Below are positions 8,935-16,651 of a DNA stretch of 19,847 bases, in pieces (positions within the stretch are counted from its first letter, which is position 1; each line of letters begins with the position of its first letter). Both the position numbers and the translations under genes were made by a program. Below the pieces are notes generated by a model. It had not been told where the DNA came from and made no database searches. It saw nothing but the letters and a program-made list of their open reading frames with translations. The stretch is taken from positions 1 to 19,847 of the forward strand of contig JAWOFX010000182.1 in the NCBI GenBank assembly GCA_046497275.1, in the 5' to 3' direction. Source of the DNA: Promethearchaeia archaeon. Lineage in GTDB: Archaea > Asgardarchaeota > Lokiarchaeia > Sigyniarchaeales > SOKP01.

Positions 8935-10122
8935 TTATTTTCTCATCTCAATAAATTTTCCGGAACTCATAAGTTCACAGGGTTTAAAATAATTAATATT
9001 ATTTTTAACAGCAAATTCTGTCAATAATTTAGACCATTTTTTATAGTTTCTCTTTCCAGGAATAAAAGGTCCCGAAACACCAACCCCAATTTTCATAACT
9101 TTCTCGATAATGGAATAGTTTGGTACAATTTTTTCTTCTAATAACTTACAACCCTCGTTTAATTGGATTGCAAGGAGCAGTTCTGGATCTAAAAGTCCCG
9201 CTTTTTTAGTTTTGTCTATCTTGGGTTTTCCATCCTCACCATATTCATAAAATCCTCGTCCAGTCTTTTTACCATAATATCCTTTGGAGACTAATTCAGT
9301 TAATACTTCGCCGGGTGTAAAAACAGATGAAACCCGTTGTTCAAAGCTTTTTAACGCTTTATAAGCAGTATCTAATCCTAAATAATCAGTTAATTCAAAT
9401 GGACCTCTCTTCATAAATTCTTGGGCGTCCGCATCTAATTGTTCAAACGGGATTCCCTTTTCTACTGCTATATCTGCTAATAAACTAAAGTATAATGTGC
9501 CAGGTAATAAAAGGCTATTTGCTATGAACCCAGGTGTTTCATTTTCTATAGGAGCAACATACATTGTACCGTCTCTTACCGGTATTGTTTTACTGAATTT
9601 GATTATTTGATCGAAAATTATATCTCTTGTTTCTTTTCCTTTCATTAGTTCTACACAACTTCGAGTGAAAGGAGGCAAGAAAAAATGCATACCAATTGTG
9701 TGTTCTGGTCTTCTTGAGGCTTTCCCCAGTTCAGTTATGGTGAAAGTAGAAGTATTTGAAGCAAGAATGGTCTCATTTGAAATATTATCTCCTAGTTTTC
9801 TAAAAAGGTTCGTTTTTAGTTCAATATCTTCTGGAATCGCCTCGATTATTAAATCAGATGAAAATATATAATTATCCAATTTTGTTGATATATTTAATTT
9901 ATTAAAAACTTCTTTAGCTCCCCCTTTTTGCGGGAAGAACCCTTTTGTCTCTAATTTATCCATATAGTATTTAAGTGTATTTTTAGCCTTCATTAATGTT
10001 ATTTTTGATATATCCACAAGATATATCTTTTCGGCACTAGAGAGCATAAATACTTGAGCGATTCCAACGCCCATTGTTCCTGCTCCAATCACAGAAATAT
10101 TCTTGAAATTATCTTTTACCAT
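8935..10122 (-). CDS. 3-hydroxyacyl-CoA dehydrogenase family protein (NAD-binding domain plus duplicated C-terminal domain)
   Basis: GAGTMG, IEAIPE, ASNTS, GMHFF, PGFI, GPFELTDYLGLD, GKKTGRGFYEY. Confidence 0.9.
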   Translation of the reverse strand: MVKDNFKNISVIGAGTMGVGIAQVFMLSSAEKIYLVDISKITLMKAKNTLKYYMDKLETKGFFPQKGGAKEVFNKLNISTKLDNYIFSSDLIIEAIPEDIELKTNLFRKLGDNISNETILASNTSTFTITELGKASRRPEHTIGMHFFLPPFTRSCVELMKGKETRDIIFDQIIKFSKTIPVRDGTMYVAPIENETPGFIANSLLLPGTLYFSLLADIAVEKGIPFEQLDADAQEFMKRGPFELTDYLGLDTAYKALKSFEQRVSSVFTPGEVLTELVSKGYYGKKTGRGFYEYGEDGKPKIDKTKKAGLLDPELLLAIQLNEGCKLLEEKIVPNYSIIEKVMKIGVGVSGPFIPGKRNYKKWSKLLTEFAVKNNINYFKPCELMSSGKFIEMRK

Positions 10123-10229
10123 TAAATTAACCTAACCATAATTAGATTTTATATTATTAAAATTTTAATCATAAAAAGAATAATCTATAATGATGTCCAA
10201 TTTTTGTTTAAATAAATATATCAAACAAT

Positions 10230-11099
10230 GTGAATGACTTGAGAATTGATTTTCATTGTCATATATTCCAAGATACTGATTCATTAAATCAAATCCAAAA
10301 GCAATTTCAAAAATTCTCAGGATACGGATTTTATGAACGAATTAAGCAAGGAGTGAAGAGGACTAGTTCAATTGATACAGATGATATCATAGAAAAAGCA
10401 TTATTTCATATTAAGAAAGCAAGATTAAGTAAAGTAGTTTTACTTCCTCTTAGTATTAAGGAAAATAAAAAAGTGTTAGAATGGAAAAAAAAAGCACCAG
10501 ATATTTTCATCCCATTTTATAATCCTCCTGAAAAACCTATAGAAGGGATCAAAATACAAGAAGGGATGCAGCATGCTATTGAACATGATGAGATAAAAGG
10601 ATTAAAGATAATGAATCCATTTCGAAGGAAATATTTAGATGATCCAATATTAAACGAATCCCTTGAAATAGCACAGCAATATGAGTTATTGATATTGATG
10701 CATACGGGATATCCTCCTCCAGGAACAAGAAAAAATGTGTTAACTTATGCAAATCCATTAAAAATCGAGCGAATAATTCAAAAATATCCCGATCTAAAAA
10801 TCATTATTGCACATATGGGATTCCCATGGGTTGACGGTGCACTATCTTTAGCCGTCCAGTATCCTAATATTTATGTTGATATTAGTAATCTTACTTATAT
10901 GATGCCCGCAAGATTACAGGATTTCATTTTTCGGGCTAAAGAACTCATTGGAATTGATAAAATATTATTTGGCTCAGATGGATTTGTTCCTGAAATGATT
11001 GAAATGACGGTTAACTATTTTGAAACTATTGATTTTTTGTCAAAAAGCGAAATTGATAAAATTTTAGGATTAAACGCTAAGAAGTTATTAAATTTATAA
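10230..11099 (+). CDS. Amidohydrolase family metallo-hydrolase (Amidohydro_2-like)
   Basis: DFHCH (HxH), MHTG, IIAHMG, YVDIS, ILFGSD, C-terminal ILGLNAKKLL. GTG start. Confidence 0.85.
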   Translation: MNDLRIDFHCHIFQDTDSLNQIQKQFQKFSGYGFYERIKQGVKRTSSIDTDDIIEKALFHIKKARLSKVVLLPLSIKENKKVLEWKKKAPDIFIPFYNPPEKPIEGIKIQEGMQHAIEHDEIKGLKIMNPFRRKYLDDPILNESLEIAQQYELLILMHTGYPPPGTRKNVLTYANPLKIERIIQKYPDLKIIIAHMGFPWVDGALSLAVQYPNIYVDISNLTYMMPARLQDFIFRAKELIGIDKILFGSDGFVPEMIEMTVNYFETIDFLSKSEIDKILGLNAKKLLNL

Positions 11100-11218
11100 G
11101 ATAAGTTTCTTCAATTTAAGGAATGAAACTTTTAACGAATATAACAGATAAAGGAAATAAATATAATGAAAATCTAATATCATATTATAAAAATAATCAT
11201 AAAAATTAGTGAATTAGT

Positions 11219-12022
11219 ATGAAATTTATCGATTTATCCATTCCAGTAATTAATCCAGATGAGGCAGTGTTTGATCCACCATTAACTCAACCCAAAATTG
11301 AATATACAGATCATGAAGAAGGAGCAAATCAAATGGGTTTTGTCTTTCCAAGGTTAAAACCTGAAAAGCATCTACCAGATGGAAAAGGGTGGGCTGTGGA
11401 AACTATTACTTTGGGCACACATAGTGGGACTCATATGGATGCTCCTTGGCATTTTGCTCCTATCCAAGATAAAGAAAAGGGCGGTAGAGAAGCGATGACG
11501 ATAGATGATATTCCTTTAGAGTGGTGTATTGCTCCTTTAATTGTTTTAGATTGTACAGATTATGAAGAGGGATATGTTATGACACCAGAGGATGTTGATG
11601 AGAAATTAGAGGAGATTGATCACCAACTTAAGGAAGGAGATATAGTATGCGTACATACAAACGCCCCAAAACATTATGGAACTAAAGACTACATTAATCA
11701 CGGAGTGGGAGTGGGAAAAGAAGCAACTCTTCATATATTAAGACAAGGAGTTCACATAGTTGGAATAGATGCGTGGAGTTGGGATGCCCCTTTTTCAATT
11801 ACTGCAAAAAAATGGAAGAAATCTGTGCGGGAAAAAAAACCGGATACTTCTTTAATTTGGGAAGGTCATTTTGCCGGAAGAGAATTAGGATATTTCCAGA
11901 TGGAAAAAATGTATAATCTTGATAAAGTCCCTGCAACTGGGGCTACAATATATTGTTTCCCAATAAAAATAGCTCGAGCTAGCGCTGCTTGGGTTCGCGC
12001 AGTCGCAACGGTACCAGAATAG
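11219..12022 (+). CDS. Cyclase-family metal-dependent hydrolase (kynurenine formamidase-like)
   Basis: HxGTHxDxPxH motif (HSGTHMDAPWH), plus IDLS, GID, EK..NL and the terminal RAVA. Confidence 0.9.
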   Translation: MKFIDLSIPVINPDEAVFDPPLTQPKIEYTDHEEGANQMGFVFPRLKPEKHLPDGKGWAVETITLGTHSGTHMDAPWHFAPIQDKEKGGREAMTIDDIPLEWCIAPLIVLDCTDYEEGYVMTPEDVDEKLEEIDHQLKEGDIVCVHTNAPKHYGTKDYINHGVGVGKEATLHILRQGVHIVGIDAWSWDAPFSITAKKWKKSVREKKPDTSLIWEGHFAGRELGYFQMEKMYNLDKVPATGATIYCFPIKIARASAAWVRAVATVPE

Positions 12023-12037
12023 AATCTTAAATAATTA

Positions 12038-12110
12038 TTTTCTTTCTTTTTATCTAATTATAATAGATTTAAATCTCTAAATTAAAAAATTCAAAAATAA
12101 AAAGAAAATA
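12038..12110. terminator. Convergent oligo(T) terminator region
   Basis: T-tract TTTTCTTTCTTTTT (12038-12051) after the cyclase stop, and an A-tract (12093-12110, T-rich on the minus strand) after the longin gene stop. Confidence 0.45.
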
Positions 12111-12130
12111 AATCTAGATATTATAATTTT

Positions 12131-14350
12131 TTAGTATTCCGTCTCAAAAGTCCGATTGACTAATTCCGCTGCATCTGAAAAGGGTGCTAAAGCCCCACCC
12201 CAATCTTCCAAAGCTTCTTGATAATTTTCTTGGAATTGAGTAACAAACTGTCTTAGTTGAGTTCTTACTTCAGAAGTCTGATTCCCTTTAATGAAAAGTG
12301 CACCAAATAATTTTTTTCCATACTCTATTAAGATCGTGATATCACCATGATCAATTGTCTTCAAAGCTTCAGTGCTCTTTGTAGTTTCTTTGATAAAAGA
12401 TGTGATGGCAGAGAACATACCTGAAATTAACCCGGGATCTTGAGAAACATCTGTAGAAAATTCGTAGTTGTAGACACCTCGACCGTCTTCATAAATAATA
12501 TATAATCCTTGTTTCTTCACTCGTTCAAAATTATAACTGAACTCAGATTTCCATATTCCTATCCGCCCTTGACCATAAAGGTATTTTAATATGAAATAAA
12601 ATCGTTTAATTTCATCTTCTTCTTGAGGTTTTATTGCACTGAGGATTCTATTTTTTTCCAATTTGGTTAATAGATTTATCACTTCTTCTCTCGAATCTTC
12701 TGGTGTTTCAGGAATTGTTAGTTCATTTTTAGAAACTAAGTATTCACTATCTTTTTCCCTATAATCATTATATGTAAAAAAATTATCCACATTGGTGAAA
12801 ATCATTTTCTTAACATATTTTTCATCAATAGGTATATTAGAGATTTTAAATCTTTTAAGAATGTAATAGGTGAAACATCCCCATAAAATAATGCTAAAGA
12901 GGTATTCCGTATAAATGTAAGGAATTGCTAATATACCTAAAACACCTGTTAAATCTGCTTCTAAGACAGCGCTTCTAAGTGTGAAAAAGTCGAACCCAAA
13001 AAGTGATGTATAACTTACCCGTCCCGTTAGCCAATACTCTTCCGAAGCGAAATTTAATATCGGAGCAAATCCTACAAGGGGAAATAGTATTGAAATTACT
13101 AAAGTTATGAAAACGAATCCTATAAGGCTAGAGAGCACGTTCCTTGAAAATCTAAATACATAAATGAGTGATATTGAAGTGATTAAAATCGGTATCAATG
13201 CAAACAAAATATTTTCTATAATTATTAAAAAATCGAGACTCATAGTCTGGGTTAAATTTGGATCGGCATTGAAGAGACCCGAATTAATTGTGGGATCGGG
13301 ATTAAAACCATATACAGGACCGAAAATCGTAAGGGAAAATATCCAATAAACAACCAAGTAAGCAATAGAAGCAATAAGACCGAACACTACTCCATAATAA
13401 AATCCAGATTTTTTAGCCGTCTTTATTTTTTGTTTTTTGTTTTTCCACCAATCAATTATTTTAATTAAGATAAAAATTGAGATTTGCTCAAAGATATCCA
13501 AAAAAAGAATGAATACAAAAGTGGCCATCATAAAGTAGGCAAAAAAGTAAATAAGAGTATTAAGAGAATCTGTATATTCAATTATAAATAAAAAGATTGA
13601 AATGATTGAAATTGGTGCGCCAACCATATATAAGCTTCGAAATGTTTGTTCTCTGACTTTCTCCCCGAAATATCTTCCCTTAATAGCCAATTTACTTGAA
13701 TATAAAAGTTCGATACTAAAAATAACAACAGCTAAATACACGAAAAGAATCTCTATAAACCACCCAAGAGCGGTCTCTGAGGCGACGAAATCTAATGTCT
13801 CTAACTCTGAAACTTTTAAAACTGTTTGAAGAATATAAAGTGATACAGGTAATAACACTAACATTAATTTCAGAATTTCCTTTTCTCGAGTCCAATCTTT
13901 ATTTAATAATTCATTCTTTATAGTCTCCAATGGACTTCTGTTAAACTCATACGTTAAGTTATTTAGATTCTCCTTTAAGGATCCTTTTTCCTTTCGCAGT
14001 CTGTTCCAAATCATCACGAATGAAATAAGAGGAGCAACAAGAAATATAAATGGCAATGTAGTCAACGGATAGGAAATAAAAGTTGTTATAAGAGTAATAA
14101 AATGTGTAGGCATGTATGCTAGGCTTAGAGCTTCTTGACCTGGAGAGACTTCTAAATTATCTGGGGTCAAATTAAATTGAAATATAACTGGGAGTATCCA
14201 GTAGATGAAATAAAATACGGAAATCCCTATAGCGATTCGATAGTATAATTTTCCAATAGCACGATTCCAAATAAAAATTAATGGAATGAATAGAATAATA
14301 ATGGGAAGTAAATTCAGCACAAGTGTGAGTGAAATTTCTATAGCGGTCAT
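12131..14350 (-). CDS. Large polytopic membrane protein with a putative winged helix and a C-terminal Asgard-type longin domain
   Basis: About 12-13 hydrophobic segments in the first ~500 aa. The last 125 aa (12134-12508) read GLYIIYEDGRGVY...DPGLISGMFSAITSF...IDHGDITILIEYG...LRQFVTQFQENY...DWGG, the longin pattern. Confidence 0.8.
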   Translation of the reverse strand: MTAIEISLTLVLNLLPIIILFIPLIFIWNRAIGKLYYRIAIGISVFYFIYWILPVIFQFNLTPDNLEVSPGQEALSLAYMPTHFITLITTFISYPLTTLPFIFLVAPLISFVMIWNRLRKEKGSLKENLNNLTYEFNRSPLETIKNELLNKDWTREKEILKLMLVLLPVSLYILQTVLKVSELETLDFVASETALGWFIEILFVYLAVVIFSIELLYSSKLAIKGRYFGEKVREQTFRSLYMVGAPISIISIFLFIIEYTDSLNTLIYFFAYFMMATFVFILFLDIFEQISIFILIKIIDWWKNKKQKIKTAKKSGFYYGVVFGLIASIAYLVVYWIFSLTIFGPVYGFNPDPTINSGLFNADPNLTQTMSLDFLIIIENILFALIPILITSISLIYVFRFSRNVLSSLIGFVFITLVISILFPLVGFAPILNFASEEYWLTGRVSYTSLFGFDFFTLRSAVLEADLTGVLGILAIPYIYTEYLFSIILWGCFTYYILKRFKISNIPIDEKYVKKMIFTNVDNFFTYNDYREKDSEYLVSKNELTIPETPEDSREEVINLLTKLEKNRILSAIKPQEEDEIKRFYFILKYLYGQGRIGIWKSEFSYNFERVKKQGLYIIYEDGRGVYNYEFSTDVSQDPGLISGMFSAITSFIKETTKSTEALKTIDHGDITILIEYGKKLFGALFIKGNQTSEVRTQLRQFVTQFQENYQEALEDWGGALAPFSDAAELVNRTFETEY

Positions 14351-14460
14351 TTTTTTTAAAGTGTAAATTTTTTTATTTAACTTATTACATTTATTTAAAT
14401 TAAATATATCTAATCTTCAATAAAGAAATTAAAAACTTCAAATATTTTAAATCTTGTATC

Positions 14461-15564
14461 ATGAGCAAAAAAATTGGTGTTTTATTTGATTATGATTTCT
14501 CCAGCCAACATAATCCACCCTACCCCCATCCCACTTTTATTTCATATGAAAATCCTTTAAGAGTTAAAGCGATTTATAATTATTTCGAGAAGGTAAAACT
14601 TTTCAATGACGACCGTATTATACGGTTAGCTCCAAAACTTATAGATGATCATATGTTAGAATTAGCACATTCTAAATATTATATTGATACAATTCAAAGA
14701 CTCTCGAAGTTTGGTAGTGGGCTTCTCTCAGAGGAGGTTTTTATTGTAAAAGATACGTTTTTACTTGCTAAAAAAGCTATAGGTGGTGTAATAGAGTCCA
14801 TAGATGCCGTTCTTTCTGAAAGAGTAAAACAGTCCTTTGCGATTGTGAGACCACCAGGTCATCATGCAATGCGTGAGAAAGGTGCTGGTTTATGTATTTT
14901 TAATAATATCGCAGCAGGTATATTAAATCTAAAAAATAAGGGTTATAATAAGAAAATAGCCATCATTGATATTGATGACCATTATGGAGATGGACTTGCT
15001 CAATATTTTTATGAAGATCCAGACATTCTCTATTTTTCTGTGCATGAATTTGATTTCCTTGAAGGAGACATAGGATTTATTACAGAAACGGGTGCTGATG
15101 AGGGAATCGGAAAAACCATTAATTACCCCATTCCAATGAACACCACAGATGATAATTTTTTGGAATTTATGGATATAATTGAACTTATTTTAAAAGAGTT
15201 TAACCCAGATATCATTATTGTTGCAGTTGGGTTCGATATGTACTTTGATGATCCAATTGGTAATTGTCTGTTGACTAGTAAATCATACTATGATTTTACC
15301 GTTTCTATAAAAAGAATTGCCGAGAATGTCTGTGAAGGGAGATTAGTTTTCGTTTTAGAGGGAGGATATAGCTTAATCGGACTACCATTATGTGTATATT
15401 CCATAATACGAGCATTGCTTCAAGAAGAGTATATCGATTATGATTTTGAAAAAATAGATTTTTCCAAGTATCGGAGCAACATTGAAATCTCAAAAATTAA
15501 AGAGGCTTTAATAAATCTATTGAAGGATAACTGGAATTGCTTTGATGAGTCTTCTGAACTATAA
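14461..15564 (+). CDS. Zn-dependent histone deacetylase family protein
   Basis: RPPGHHA, CIFNN, DIDDHYGDG (DxH), SVH, GFD..DDPIG and VLEGGY give a complete catalytic set. Confidence 0.93.
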   Translation: MSKKIGVLFDYDFSSQHNPPYPHPTFISYENPLRVKAIYNYFEKVKLFNDDRIIRLAPKLIDDHMLELAHSKYYIDTIQRLSKFGSGLLSEEVFIVKDTFLLAKKAIGGVIESIDAVLSERVKQSFAIVRPPGHHAMREKGAGLCIFNNIAAGILNLKNKGYNKKIAIIDIDDHYGDGLAQYFYEDPDILYFSVHEFDFLEGDIGFITETGADEGIGKTINYPIPMNTTDDNFLEFMDIIELILKEFNPDIIIVAVGFDMYFDDPIGNCLLTSKSYYDFTVSIKRIAENVCEGRLVFVLEGGYSLIGLPLCVYSIIRALLQEEYIDYDFEKIDFSKYRSNIEISKIKEALINLLKDNWNCFDESSEL

Positions 15565-15597
15565 AAATGAGAGAGAAATTATTAAATAAGAGATTAT

Positions 15598-15999
15598 TTA
15601 CACTAAAGGTTCCATTTTTTTTGCGTATTCTTGAACAGTAAATAATGCATCACGAGGACCTGCTTGGGGATTTATATAACATACTAGGGCACCCTCTCCC
15701 CCAATAGGTATAGGACATATGATGAGATGACCTTTTCCCTTAATATTAGTACCAATCTTGCGCTCTTCAGTATTCTCTACAATCATGTACTTAATCCCTT
15801 GTACCTCTATACTTGAAATCCCTTTCTCTCCAAGTTTTAATTTCTTTCCAAGGAGCTCATTAAATTGATCCAAATCATTTGAAATATCCCAATTTTCAGT
15901 TTGAGTGACTAAATTACCTTGTGTGTTAATTATTGCGACTCCGTACACGTTTTGTTCTTCATCTAAAAGACTATCAATAAGAGATTCTAATTCAGACAT
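15598..15999 (-). CDS. Profilin (Lokiarchaeota type; eukaryotic signature protein)
   Basis: 133 aa. TQTENWDISND, QGIKYMIVENTEERKIGTN, GKGHLIICPIPIGG and NPQAGPRD closely match structurally characterised Loki profilin as I recall it. Confidence 0.93.
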   Translation of the reverse strand: MSELESLIDSLLDEEQNVYGVAIINTQGNLVTQTENWDISNDLDQFNELLGKKLKLGEKGISSIEVQGIKYMIVENTEERKIGTNIKGKGHLIICPIPIGGEGALVCYINPQAGPRDALFTVQEYAKKMEPLV

Positions 16000-16034
16000 T
16001 TTTTCCTATAATATTAAATGCGTGTTTTTTTATA

Positions 16035-16050
16035 TTAGTAACATTACTAA
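16035..16050. promoter_or_regulatory. Palindrome TTAGTAA-CA-TTACTAA in the divergent profilin/permease promoter region
   Basis: Perfect 7-bp arms at 16035-16041 and 16044-16050 inside the 104-bp intergenic spacer. Confidence 0.4.
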
Positions 16051-16103
16051 AACAATATAAATTAATCATTAATAATACGATAATATCATATCAGTGATTT
16101 CAA

Positions 16104-16646
16104 ATGTTTCGTATGTTCAAGAAAGGAGTGTTGTTAATCCTTAGAGAAAAAAGAACTTTTATAATTTTCATGCTCATTTATACGATATTAATCTTCTTGA
16201 CCAGTTTGTTTTTTGAAAACAGTCTTGCTGGGAATTTTGGTGAGGTCTCTGGATATTTAGTGGTAATCTTTTTATTTACCAGTCTAATTTTATCACTTCT
16301 TTATGCATGGATTCTTGTTTCGCGGAAACGAAGGGACTGGGCAACATTGAAGTGTATAGGATATACAAATAGAAATATAATAACTATAGTTTCAGGTATT
16401 ATTCTATTTACTTCATTAATGGGACTCTTGATTGTAATTGAGATATTATTCCATTACACAGCCATTTTTACGTATATAGATACAACCGAAATTAGTACTG
16501 GATTACCTTCTATTCTTATTGGATTATATCCAGTAATAATAACAACAGTGTTATTTATTTTAGTTCAAGTTATTTCAATAGCGTTAATTTATCGAAAAGT
16601 ATTAAAAGTAAGGCCGATAGTTGCCTTAAAGAGGGTGGGTGAGTAG
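16104..16646 (+). CDS. FtsX/MacB-type ABC permease, minimal 4-TM form
   Basis: N-terminal amphipathic helix, four TMs, coupling helix RKRRDWATLKCIGY (family pattern RxxEIGxLKAxG) and C-terminal KVRPIVALK. Confidence 0.85.
   Translation: MFRMFKKGVLLILREKRTFIIFMLIYTILIFLTSLFFENSLAGNFGEVSGYLVVIFLFTSLILSLLYAWILVSRKRRDWATLKCIGYTNRNIITIVSGIILFTSLMGLLIVIEILFHYTAIFTYIDTTEISTGLPSILIGLYPVIITTVLFILVQVISIALIYRKVLKVRPIVALKRVGE
16638..16642 (+). promoter_or_regulatory. Shine-Dalgarno-like GGTGA for the ABC ATPase, inside the permease 3' end
   Basis: GGTGA 9 nt before ATG 16652 matches the archaeal extended SD; the genes are only 5 nt apart. Confidence 0.55.
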
Positions 16647-16651
16647 AAAAA

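Noticed and set aside
7404-10758. Short ORFs 7404-7586, 9665-9871 and 10576-10758
   Set aside because: Each lies almost or fully within a confident gene and has no recognisable features.
1514-15564. GNAT plus HDAC as a writer/eraser pair
   Set aside because: They are more than 12 kb apart with unrelated genes between, and both families are common.
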